A stretch of DNA of 64,000 nt from a virus, in the IMG/VR virus record IMGVR_UViG_3300023179_000071, positions 17,877-81,876 of that record; one strand, 5' to 3'. A program made the translations under genes and the position numbers. Of the stretch, positions 1 to 9,472 are shown in pieces; within the stretch, counting starts at the first letter, position 1, and every line of letters starts with the position of its first letter. Below the pieces are notes generated by a model. The model was not told where the DNA came from, made no database searches, and saw only the letters and a program-made list of their open reading frames with translations.

Positions 1-1
1 T

Positions 2-733
2 ATTTTGCGTACACGCAAATACATTATTGATGATGCGGAATTTGATATTCGGAGCATAAGCAACGATTGGTATGTTAATAGAACGCTGTATATTAGTTAT
101 CCTGGTCATTATGATTTATATGTGAAATTAGTTGATCCATCTAATAATACAATTCTATCAGAAGATCATATGTGTTTTGATATAGATAATATTATTAATA
201 TGCCCACACCAACGCCCACAGTCACCCCAACACCACCCAGACATTCTGTATCATTCGATGATGGTCCTACTCTTAAGATACAAAATTGTGAAAGTTGTGT
301 TAAAGTATTTGTGGGGGCCACTGCTAATAATCTTAATATTGGTGATAACTACTACTACGAATTTAGCGTATTCGAAAAAGGAGAATCGTTACCAAGAGAT
401 ACTGATAATGAAACAGGAACTCTATTTGAACCCGGCTCTGGCTACTTATCAACAGGATATAGCACACAGAAATTCGGCACATACATAAGTGTTTCAGACA
501 AAGTACGAACCATTATAGAAGTTAGACTCATTAATCTAACAACAGGTGTTGTATCATCATCATATTTAACATTAGCAGTATGTGATGAAAATTATTGTGA
601 TCCACCAGTAACTCCAACTCCAACATCCACACCAGTCAGAGTTAATTATCCTCCGAGACCTACTCCTAGCGTTACATCCACTATAACATCTACGCCAACT
701 ACCACTCCAACTCCAACAATTTCAAAAATTTGA
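2..733 (+). CDS. Virion-associated protein with Thr/Pro linkers (5'-partial)
   Basis: Frame is open to the window edge. Two beta-rich modules are each followed by PTPTPT tracts, in the same style as the downstream tail genes. Confidence 0.6.
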   Translation: MLRTRKYIIDDAEFDIRSISNDWYVNRTLYISYPGHYDLYVKLVDPSNNTILSEDHMCFDIDNIINMPTPTPTVTPTPPRHSVSFDDGPTLKIQNCESCVKVFVGATANNLNIGDNYYYEFSVFEKGESLPRDTDNETGTLFEPGSGYLSTGYSTQKFGTYISVSDKVRTIIEVRLINLTTGVVSSSYLTLAVCDENYCDPPVTPTPTSTPVRVNYPPRPTPSVTSTITSTPTTTPTPTISKI

Positions 734-748
734 TTAGGAATATAAATT

Positions 749-970
749 ATGCCCTCACAACAATATGGTTCTGATTTTTTAACAAGATTGGTAATGCCCA
801 CAAATAAAAAATATTTACCATATCCATGGAAATGGAAAATAAATCTTACTGATCAGAGCTATACTCCAATAGAAGGCTCTGCAAGCTATTTCCAGAGCTT
901 AAGACAAGTTCCTGGTAATTATCGTTTAGTCACATCTAATGGTAGCGGCGGTTTTGCAGAGACCGCTTAG
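749..970 (+). CDS. Small hypothetical protein (73 aa)
   Basis: AGGA SD upstream of the ATG; fills the gap between two + strand genes. Confidence 0.6.
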   Translation: MPSQQYGSDFLTRLVMPTNKKYLPYPWKWKINLTDQSYTPIEGSASYFQSLRQVPGNYRLVTSNGSGGFAETA

Positions 971-980
971 GTGTAATATA
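970..980 (+). promoter_or_regulatory. Candidate phage promoter motif GGTGTAATATA
   Basis: Intergenic, ~40 nt before the ATG at 1019. Similar motifs at 4822, 9307, 14995, 22897 (+) and ~59211-59219 (-). Confidence 0.35.
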
Positions 981-1018
981 TTGTGTGTCAGCTCATTTTG
1001 CAAAAAGAGTGATCAATT

Positions 1019-2197
1019 ATGACCGTATCAGAAACCATATCTAATCAGGTAGAAATCATAGAGTATAATGGATATAATAGGCCATTATTTTTTGAATTTA
1101 TACTATCTAATACAACAATACCAAAAGGGCTAAAAGATTTTAGTATAAAGGGTATTGGAATTGGACTAACGGTAAATAACTTCACTATTAATGGTGGCAC
1201 AACAGAATATTCAGTTGCACCAACTGTGGAAATTACCGGAGGAGGAGGATCAGGAGCCAAAGCTATTGCTATTTTAAATACCTCCAAGATTGTATCTGGC
1301 ATACAAATTACCGATCCCGGTCAAGACTATACTTCTGCACCAACCATTACATTCAGTGGTGGCACAATATCAAAAGCTGGAACAAATCCCACAGGAACAG
1401 GTATTTTTAACAAGCCAACTAATTTTATTCCGCCGCCATCATCCTTGAAACCCAATACTTATGTTTGGATATTAGAAAAGGGAGCATACTTAACACAAGG
1501 AGAAGACCAAGATTGGTTATATTTGGAAGATCTAACTATTCTTATGACAAAAATTAGTAAAATCTATACCACCAATAGTAGGGGTGAATTTTTAGTTAAT
1601 CAAACTAGTAATATTAATGATAGATTAAATCAGATTCATGAGATTATTAATGGTAAAGGATACATTGTGATTAGTGATCCTAGAACCAGCTTGCCCTATG
1701 TGTGGTATGAGTATTTTCCAAAAATATCATCTACACCCCAAGGTAGAGTTACATTTAATATTGAAGAGTGCTACATAATCAACAAACAAAATACAGACTT
1801 TATTGATAATACCGCCAAAGCTATCAAATTAGGAGATCAGCGTCATGGCACATGCATGAAAGATCTCTCGGCAACCATCTCAGTAGTTGTAGACCTGACA
1901 GATCTGCAAAAAAATAAAGACTATCATATTCATTTAGATAGTTTAAATAAAGATGTATACTTTATTGAACAAGATATATACCTTAATAATAATCAATTAG
2001 CTAATCACTCTGTATATGCTAAATTAAAATTTTTAGAACATAATGTTAATAATATATTTGATATTAGAGTTAGTTTAAATATTGGAAATAATGAAATTGA
2101 TAGAGATATTCTTAGTATATATGTAGATTGTCCTCCGCGCCCAGAGCCTACTCCAACACCACGACCAGCTCAACCAGTAGTAAGGATTGTGGAATAA
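1019..2197 (+). CDS. Virion structural protein with baseplate/fibre-type glycine-rich repeats and C-terminal PT tail
   Basis: INGGTTEYSVAPTVEITGGGGSGAKAIA and ITDPGQDYTSAPTITFSGG resemble the xGxGY-APTV repeats of large-phage baseplate/tail proteins. Confidence 0.65.
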   Translation: MTVSETISNQVEIIEYNGYNRPLFFEFILSNTTIPKGLKDFSIKGIGIGLTVNNFTINGGTTEYSVAPTVEITGGGGSGAKAIAILNTSKIVSGIQITDPGQDYTSAPTITFSGGTISKAGTNPTGTGIFNKPTNFIPPPSSLKPNTYVWILEKGAYLTQGEDQDWLYLEDLTILMTKISKIYTTNSRGEFLVNQTSNINDRLNQIHEIINGKGYIVISDPRTSLPYVWYEYFPKISSTPQGRVTFNIEECYIINKQNTDFIDNTAKAIKLGDQRHGTCMKDLSATISVVVDLTDLQKNKDYHIHLDSLNKDVYFIEQDIYLNNNQLANHSVYAKLKFLEHNVNNIFDIRVSLNIGNNEIDRDILSIYVDCPPRPEPTPTPRPAQPVVRIVE

Positions 2198-2200
2198 ACT

Positions 2201-4819
2201 ATGAAACTTAATGCAACATATACTCTTAGTACCGGCACAACTGTTGATCCAGCATATCTTAATCCGTCTTTTGAGATATTAGGTGACGATAGTGATGCTT
2301 TTACTAGTAGTACAAAAGTAAAAAGTTCAGCAAATTCTGCAACTTATAGTAGTCCATCAACTAGCCATGTTGCGACCACAGAAGCTGGCATTGTTATGGA
2401 TTTGGGTTCACTAAAAACAGTATCGTTTATTAGGATCAAGGGTACACTAGGTATAGAGTATGGCACAGGATCATTCTCAACATCAGCAGGCAATCCTATA
2501 GTAACATATATTTATGGAAATACTGCTGATAAAACATCAACAACTAACGTTAAAAATTTTGGGTCATCTAATAAATTTGTGTCTGGTCAGAATGGAATAT
2601 TTACATCTGTTGGTGATTTAGAATATATATTTGTTGATGATACTTATCAGTGCTCAAATGGTTCTACAGCTTTTCCTTCTCCTATTCCATCTACTCTTCC
2701 TAAATTTTTTGATACTAATCAAACAGCAAGATACAAAATTCAATATAGCGTTACTGGTAATGCATATCTAGATTTTCAAGATAATATTATCACAGCTCCA
2801 AGCGGACAAGCTCTTGATCTTACTGTGCAATTACCAGGTGGCGTAGGACAAATAAGATATATTAAATTAAGTTGTGTTGGATCAACATCTAATCCTATTA
2901 AACGTACATTTAGCTATAAAACATCATCAACTATCAATGATGCGTATACTGTTCTGGCAAAACTAGAACCTAACAATATAGATTCCGGTACACTCAATTA
3001 CTTCTATAATACTAATGTTGCGGACTATTATCCAAGAGCCCCTATTGATTTAGGGGCACCTACAGTTGTTGATGCTGTAGCTATAAGGCTATATAATTTT
3101 AATAGCGCTTTCATTGGTCTAGCATATTCGATTGACGGAACCAACTATACGAATATATCTACTAGTACGAATATACCTATTAGTGGAGGGACCATATATC
3201 ATCTGTCTAATTCTATTACAGCACGATATGTTGCTCTTACCGCAGTAGATTATGGTTCATGGAATGGTACTCAATATTCGTGGTTTGGGTACTATAGTTT
3301 CTGGGTAGGGAAAAGATCAGCCTGTCCATATATAACTTTTAATAGCTCGTCGAACATAACAACAACCGGCGGCTCTATTATAGATAGTTTTTTAACACTA
3401 TCATCCTTTTATGCTGACGATGGTACTGTAGCGCCCAATATTTTTCTTACACAGGATCTTCCTGCAACTACACAATCATCTTTAGGAAGAGCAGCATTCG
3501 TTGCAAATGGATATGTTGATCAAGGAGGATCAGTATCCTTTCAGTGGCAAAAGAAAGAATCTGGGGCATCATCATTTGTGAACATAGTAAATCCTAGTAC
3601 CACGCCCAATTATTTAGAGCTGAATAATTTAACGAGCGCTGCGGACAATGGAGATCAATACCGAGTAATATTATCTGCTCCTGGAGCTACTAGTGTTACT
3701 AGTAGTGTTACAACACTAACTGTGCCAGCAACTTCAGCTGCATACTCTTTGTCTTCTTTTATTAATGATACCCCATCCATACTTTATAATAACATTATTG
3801 AAGAAGGTCAAACATTAAAAGTTAATATTACTGGTAGTAAAGCTCCTGAAACTTTTAGTTCCAATTCTATTACAGTATATTGGAGAAGATTAGGTTCTGC
3901 ATCTGATACTGATTTTAATAGTGGTATTCCAGGAGGATTAGTAACTCTAACGGGTATAGGAGGATCTACTACTCCACAAACAGTTACTGGTCAACTATCA
4001 TTAATAGTTAAGGCTGACTCTCTTACAGAGGGATCAGAAAATTTTCTTATAGCATTCTATGATGATAGTTTATATAGTAATGAAATCTCAAGAACCAGCA
4101 CATTTACAATTTCTGATACCAGCACAGGAGGCGCTCTGCCAGAAATTTCTACAACACCTACAGCAACTCCGCCAGCTACTCCTACTTCAACGCGCCCATT
4201 ACCTTCAGCAACCAAAGATTCTCAAGGATGTTTTATTATTCCATTTAAGGAACTAATTTCAAAAACTCCAACTCGCACACAAACACCAACTCCAACAAGT
4301 ACCATCACAACAACTCCAACAGTTACTCCAACTAGAACTTCGTATCCTCCTAATACTCCTAGCGCAACTAAAACTCGCACACCAACTCCAACTCCAACAA
4401 TTCAGCCAACCAATACTCCACGACTAAGTCAAACTCCAACACAAACGCCTACTCCGACCAAGACACCAACAAATACGCCTACTAATACTCAAACCCCTAG
4501 TAACACCTCCACCGGTCCTGTCACACCAACACCAACAACAACTAGTACTGTTACAAGATCATCAACACCCACCCCCACAAAAACACCTCAGCCATCAGGA
4601 ACTCCCACACAAACCCCATCTTGTACTGGTACTCCATTTTCCACACCAACATCTTCTCCACCACCATCGCCCACTCCACAATGTCCACTAAGCTCTATTC
4701 CATCATGCCCACCGTGTTATGATGCTATAGTAGTGGAAACTATTATTATTAGTGGATGTTCTCAAGAAATATGGGATTGTGTTTATATTCCAAATTGTGG
4801 TCAAAATATTCAGGTATAG
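2201..4819 (+). CDS. Multidomain adhesin-like virion protein (discoidin/F5-8C-like, Ig-like, Calx-beta-like, long Thr/Pro tract, Cys-rich C-terminus)
   Basis: IDLGAPTVVDAVAIR..YSIDGTNY..TARYV (discoidin-like); FQWQKK..DNGDQYRV (Ig I-set-like); IEEGQT..ADSLTEGSENF (Calx-beta-like); TPT tract. Confidence 0.7.
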   Translation: MKLNATYTLSTGTTVDPAYLNPSFEILGDDSDAFTSSTKVKSSANSATYSSPSTSHVATTEAGIVMDLGSLKTVSFIRIKGTLGIEYGTGSFSTSAGNPIVTYIYGNTADKTSTTNVKNFGSSNKFVSGQNGIFTSVGDLEYIFVDDTYQCSNGSTAFPSPIPSTLPKFFDTNQTARYKIQYSVTGNAYLDFQDNIITAPSGQALDLTVQLPGGVGQIRYIKLSCVGSTSNPIKRTFSYKTSSTINDAYTVLAKLEPNNIDSGTLNYFYNTNVADYYPRAPIDLGAPTVVDAVAIRLYNFNSAFIGLAYSIDGTNYTNISTSTNIPISGGTIYHLSNSITARYVALTAVDYGSWNGTQYSWFGYYSFWVGKRSACPYITFNSSSNITTTGGSIIDSFLTLSSFYADDGTVAPNIFLTQDLPATTQSSLGRAAFVANGYVDQGGSVSFQWQKKESGASSFVNIVNPSTTPNYLELNNLTSAADNGDQYRVILSAPGATSVTSSVTTLTVPATSAAYSLSSFINDTPSILYNNIIEEGQTLKVNITGSKAPETFSSNSITVYWRRLGSASDTDFNSGIPGGLVTLTGIGGSTTPQTVTGQLSLIVKADSLTEGSENFLIAFYDDSLYSNEISRTSTFTISDTSTGGALPEISTTPTATPPATPTSTRPLPSATKDSQGCFIIPFKELISKTPTRTQTPTPTSTITTTPTVTPTRTSYPPNTPSATKTRTPTPTPTIQPTNTPRLSQTPTQTPTPTKTPTNTPTNTQTPSNTSTGPVTPTPTTTSTVTRSSTPTPTKTPQPSGTPTQTPSCTGTPFSTPTSSPPPSPTPQCPLSSIPSCPPCYDAIVVETIIISGCSQEIWDCVYIPNCGQNIQV
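4150..4680 (+). repeat. Thr/Pro-rich low-complexity coding tract (mucin-like linker)
   Basis: TPTRTQTPTPTSTITTTPTVTPT... The repeat is at protein level with diversified codons. Confidence 0.9.
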
Positions 4820-4852
4820 ATGGGGTATAAGTAGTTAGTAAAAGGATTTTTT

Positions 4853-7800
4853 ATGCAAGAAATTACTGTAAACACATGCGAATGCCCATTTGAGGTTTCC
4901 GCTATTATCGATCTTTCTGATCTTGTGCCAGGAACCGTCTATACATATAAGCTATCCTTGATGAATGCGGGAAATGCTGTTTTTCATCCATCTCAAGGAG
5001 AATTTTTAGCTGATCAAACTAATGACACATTAAATGTTACTATTTATTTAAAAGATAATCCTAATAATTATTATCTCATTAATCTAGAACTATATGATCC
5101 ATATTATAATCAAACTAGAAGACAAATAGTATGTATTAGAAATATGGGAACAAATAATTGTGGCGCTACTCAATGTACACCCACACCCACAGCAACCCCC
5201 ACACGACGCCCATACATACTGGATAAGCATTTGGATATAGCTAATTATAAGATTAGCTCGTCCGAGAATAAGGTTTTCGGAGCTTCAAAATCTACTATTA
5301 CTGTTGGTGATTGGGTAGAATTTTTAAATAGTGTTGCTCAATATGATGATCTTAATGCGTTATGGAAACCACAAATGGAAAGTGATCTAAATTGTGGTAT
5401 TAAGCGTACTTATGATGGGTTTTTCTATGTTTATAGCATTGACGGATGTGATCAAGATGTATTCGGTTGTTATCCTGATGATTCAGAACACGCTAATAGA
5501 ACTATAAGTTATGTAAGTTGGAGTGATCTTGCTAGATATATTAATTGGATTCATAACGACAAACCAAAAGGGCGCCAGGGACCAGAAACAACAGAAGATG
5601 GATCGTATCCGTTATATGGTAACAGATATGCTGCTCCTGGTATCCCTTACCGTCCTGGGGCAAGGTTCTGGTTGGATACAACAACAGTAATCCAAGCCTG
5701 CCCAATCACTGCAACACCAACTAATACTCCTACACCATCAGTAACTATAGGATTAACTCCAACAGCTACCCCAACCACAACTCCTACTAGAACACCAACA
5801 TCTAGCGTTACTCCTCCGTTATCAACACCCACACCAACACAAACATCCACAACAACAGCAACACTATCTCAGACTCCCACAATATCTATTACGGCATCTA
5901 TTACGGCTACGCCGAGTAAAACACCACCTAATACCCCTAATGCTACTCCAACAACCACATTAACGCTCACAGCCACACCAACCAATACTCCGTCCAATCT
6001 AGCAACAGGTATAAGGATTACACAACATCCAGATATAGATGCATTTACAGTAGTTGGTATTAATAAAACTATTAGCGTATTAGCAGTTGCTGTTCCTAAT
6101 ACAATTACTTTATTATATCAATGGCAAAGAAGCACGGACTCTGGATCATCATGGTCCACTATTTCTGGAGCAACATCTAGTTCATATACTATTACTAATA
6201 CATTATTAGTCAATAGCGGAGATAAGTATCGTGTTGTAGTTAGCGGAATAGCTCCTCCAGGATTGAACAATCCGACGCCAGTGGTAAGTAATGAAAGCAC
6301 CCTATCTGTTTCACAAGCTATTATTACTATAGTAAATCATCCATCTAATGTTGTCACTGCTGATGTTACAGCATCATTTAGCGTATCTGCTACTATTAAT
6401 CCATCATACTGCACACTATCTTATCAGTGGCAAAGAAGTACCGATGGTGGACTTAATTTCTCCACCCTTTCTGGAGCAACATCATCTACTCTCAATTTAA
6501 CTGGACTAACTAGCGCTAGTAATGGTTATGTTTATAGAGTAGTAGTATCTGGTAACGGAGGTGCAGATTCGGTAACTAGTAATACAGCAATATTGAGTGT
6601 TACAGCGCCAGAAATTTCTATAACATCTCAACCCAATAATGCTGTCTCTGTTGATGCTAGTGCTATTTTCTCAGTATCGGCCATTATTACTAATCTTTCG
6701 TCTCCGTATACTTTATTCTATCAATGGGAGAGAAGTATCGATAGCGGTTTAACTTTCCAAACTATAACAGGGGCTACATCGGCTAGTTATTCTATTAGTA
6801 GTGTAACAGCAGCTGCAAATGGATATTATTATCGTGTTGTAATAACATCAAACGTCGGCTCCTCACCAGCAACGTCTAATTCTGCCCAATTAATTGTTAA
6901 CGATGATTATGGTGCTCTACTAGTTTGGGGCTCTAATTCCAATAATCAATTAAACTTTAGTGGTAGCACAACCATACCAAGATTTACAACTAATAATACT
7001 AGAATTTATAGATCTGGTTCTGTCGGTCAAAACCATGCTTTGTTCATCAATGCTAGTGGTATTCTGGAAGGATACGGTATTAACACACTAGGACAGTCCA
7101 GTGGAAGTAATACCAATCAGGTATTAAAAGTAGCTACAAAGTATAATCACAATATTATTATTAAAACAGAAACAGTTAGTGGTAATTCATTGAATAGATT
7201 ATATACATGGGGATCTAATCTTTATGGTCAGTGTGGACAAGGAGTATCGTCATCGTTTATATCGTCTCCACTCAGCATATCCGGAGATAGTAATAATTAT
7301 ATTGATATTGCAACTGGTGAGAATCATAGTTTGGCCGTAAGAGATAATGGTATGATGGTATCATGTGGACGTAATGATGCTGGTCAGCTTGGTATAGGCA
7401 ACAATAATAGCCAAACATCATTTGTTACTGTTAGTGGTAATGTAGCAAGTGTATCTTGCGGACAATCTCATTCTGCTGCTATTAATACTAATGGATTATT
7501 ATATACATGGGGTAATAATAGTACTGGTCAATTAGGACTAAATGATACATCTCCTAGAACAAGTCCTGTGCTTGTTAGTGGAGTTAACTGGACAAAAGTT
7601 GTTTGCGGACAAAATTTCACAGCAGCATTAAATAGTAATAATGAATTATATACTTGGGGAGATAATAGCGTTGGACAATTAGGTATTGGTAATACATTAT
7701 CTACGGGCATACCGATACAGGTTAGTGGAACTTGGCATGATATTAGTGCTGGTAATCTACATATGCTTGGTATACAGAGCGACGGAACACTATGGGCCTG

Positions 7801-9472
7801 GGGAAATAATGTACAAAATCAAATAGGAGACAATACATCGACTCAGAGAAATGCTCCTGTTAGAGTAGGTAGCGCAACAGATACACAGTGGGAAAATATT
7901 TATGCTGGAGGCAACAGTTCATCTGCTACCCGTTTAGGAGCAATTATAACAATCTCATCTCAACCTACAGGAGTAGAGTCAAGAAATGGAACAGCTTCAT
8001 TTAGTGTAGCTGCAAATATTACATCAGGAGCATCGTTATCATACCAGTGGCAAGTTAGCTCAAACACAGGATCTTCTTTCTCTGATATTATCGGAGCAAC
8101 CTCAACAACTCTTAATTTATCAAGTCTAAATAGTGGATTTAATAGTTATCGATATCGCTGCATAGTGTCTGGATCTCAAGAAGCCTATCCGTTAGCTTCT
8201 AGTAGTACAGTCTTAACAGAGCGTAGCGCAACAGTATGGTATAGAGGCACGGCCGCAACAGACGGAGCTATTCCCGGTACTGTTACAGCATGGACGGAGT
8301 GGAATTATACAAGTGATTCTTGGAGATATAATTCTACTAGTGTTCGTAGAACTTCATCTGCTACAGGTGCGTTTGCTAAAACTAATGGAACCACACTGAA
8401 ACAAATGGTACGATGTGGACCCAATACATTTGCATTTTTACTTTCTGATGGTAATGTATGGTCTACTAGCTCATCGAGCTTTTATGATTCTCTTGGGGGA
8501 ACAGTACCTACATTTACCGCACCAAATCCAACCGGAGAGACTATAGTTAAGATTATTGGTAACTATGGAGTATATAGCACTAGTAGCGTGTATTCAAGAG
8601 CATTCTTATGGGGCCTTAGCAGTAGTGGTAAGTTGTACGCATTAACGTATAATTGGAATGGTACCGGATATGGCTCATGGATTCGTATAGGATCAAATTT
8701 ATTATTCTCTGATGCTGCTGCTATCCAATTTACTGGAACATATTATCCAACAGTGCTGGCAATCTCAGCTACTGATGGCACACTATACGGATGGGGAGAC
8801 CAAAGACTCATTTCTGCTTCAACTACTAGTCCAGGAGCTATGTCATCTATCGACACAGCTCCTGTTAGAATTAATACAGATACATGGTCAGCAGTAGCTG
8901 GTAATAATGGAGGATTTTTTGGTATTAAGAGCGATGGTGCGGTATATCGTATTGTTGGGTTATGGAGTGGAGGCACAGTAAGCGGGTTAAACGGTGGAAC
9001 TACTACATCGTTTACTACCGGTACATTATCCTCATGGTCTGGTGGTTATGTTGTTCCTGTCTTAGTAGATAATAGTACTGCTTATACAAAATTGGCTGCA
9101 AATGGAACTATGCTTATAGGATACGATATCAATAATAAATTACATATTAATTCTAATTTCTCTACTGCTAGAAACTTACCAACTGGCTGGAATAATATTA
9201 CAGAAATTATACCGGGTTCTAATACAGCAGCTCAAGGCACTCTAATTATGACAGATAATTATACTAGCGCTAATAATATTGCTATGATAACTGCTGGTAC
9301 TACGCCGGTGTATAACCAGTACGGAATTGCAGCTGGAACACTTTGGACTAATACCACCACATGGGGTACCGGATTAACAGCTCCATCAACTCCAATACCT
9401 ATCAGATCAGATTTCAAATATGCCACACCAGATCTATCCACTGGTTACTGGCTAGTACTAAAGGATGATTAA
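4853..9472 (+). CDS. Tail fibre/adhesin-like protein: N-terminal module, truncated SUMF1/FGE-like domain, PT linker, four Ig-like domains, RCC1 beta-propeller, degenerate C-terminal propeller
   Basis: Four YQW(Q/E)xSxDxG..Y.YR(V/C) Ig repeats; RCC1 repeats WGNNSTGQLG, WGDNSVGQLG, CGRNDAGQLG; AAGGA SD. Confidence 0.8.
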   Translation: MQEITVNTCECPFEVSAIIDLSDLVPGTVYTYKLSLMNAGNAVFHPSQGEFLADQTNDTLNVTIYLKDNPNNYYLINLELYDPYYNQTRRQIVCIRNMGTNNCGATQCTPTPTATPTRRPYILDKHLDIANYKISSSENKVFGASKSTITVGDWVEFLNSVAQYDDLNALWKPQMESDLNCGIKRTYDGFFYVYSIDGCDQDVFGCYPDDSEHANRTISYVSWSDLARYINWIHNDKPKGRQGPETTEDGSYPLYGNRYAAPGIPYRPGARFWLDTTTVIQACPITATPTNTPTPSVTIGLTPTATPTTTPTRTPTSSVTPPLSTPTPTQTSTTTATLSQTPTISITASITATPSKTPPNTPNATPTTTLTLTATPTNTPSNLATGIRITQHPDIDAFTVVGINKTISVLAVAVPNTITLLYQWQRSTDSGSSWSTISGATSSSYTITNTLLVNSGDKYRVVVSGIAPPGLNNPTPVVSNESTLSVSQAIITIVNHPSNVVTADVTASFSVSATINPSYCTLSYQWQRSTDGGLNFSTLSGATSSTLNLTGLTSASNGYVYRVVVSGNGGADSVTSNTAILSVTAPEISITSQPNNAVSVDASAIFSVSAIITNLSSPYTLFYQWERSIDSGLTFQTITGATSASYSISSVTAAANGYYYRVVITSNVGSSPATSNSAQLIVNDDYGALLVWGSNSNNQLNFSGSTTIPRFTTNNTRIYRSGSVGQNHALFINASGILEGYGINTLGQSSGSNTNQVLKVATKYNHNIIIKTETVSGNSLNRLYTWGSNLYGQCGQGVSSSFISSPLSISGDSNNYIDIATGENHSLAVRDNGMMVSCGRNDAGQLGIGNNNSQTSFVTVSGNVASVSCGQSHSAAINTNGLLYTWGNNSTGQLGLNDTSPRTSPVLVSGVNWTKVVCGQNFTAALNSNNELYTWGDNSVGQLGIGNTLSTGIPIQVSGTWHDISAGNLHMLGIQSDGTLWAWGNNVQNQIGDNTSTQRNAPVRVGSATDTQWENIYAGGNSSSATRLGAIITISSQPTGVESRNGTASFSVAANITSGASLSYQWQVSSNTGSSFSDIIGATSTTLNLSSLNSGFNSYRYRCIVSGSQEAYPLASSSTVLTERSATVWYRGTAATDGAIPGTVTAWTEWNYTSDSWRYNSTSVRRTSSATGAFAKTNGTTLKQMVRCGPNTFAFLLSDGNVWSTSSSSFYDSLGGTVPTFTAPNPTGETIVKIIGNYGVYSTSSVYSRAFLWGLSSSGKLYALTYNWNGTGYGSWIRIGSNLLFSDAAAIQFTGTYYPTVLAISATDGTLYGWGDQRLISASTTSPGAMSSIDTAPVRINTDTWSAVAGNNGGFFGIKSDGAVYRIVGLWSGGTVSGLNGGTTTSFTTGTLSSWSGGYVVPVLVDNSTAYTKLAANGTMLIGYDINNKLHINSNFSTARNLPTGWNNITEIIPGSNTAAQGTLIMTDNYTSANNIAMITAGTTPVYNQYGIAAGTLWTNTTTWGTGLTAPSTPIPIRSDFKYATPDLSTGYWLVLKDD
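5700..5995 (+). repeat. Thr/Pro-rich linker
   Basis: TATPTNTPTPSVTIGLTPTATPTTTPTRTPT... Confidence 0.9.

Noticed and set aside
4853-9472. Diversity-generating retroelement targeting the FGE/CLec domain
   Set aside because: No reverse transcriptase or TR/VR repeat pair is seen, and the domain lacks its C-terminal variable region.
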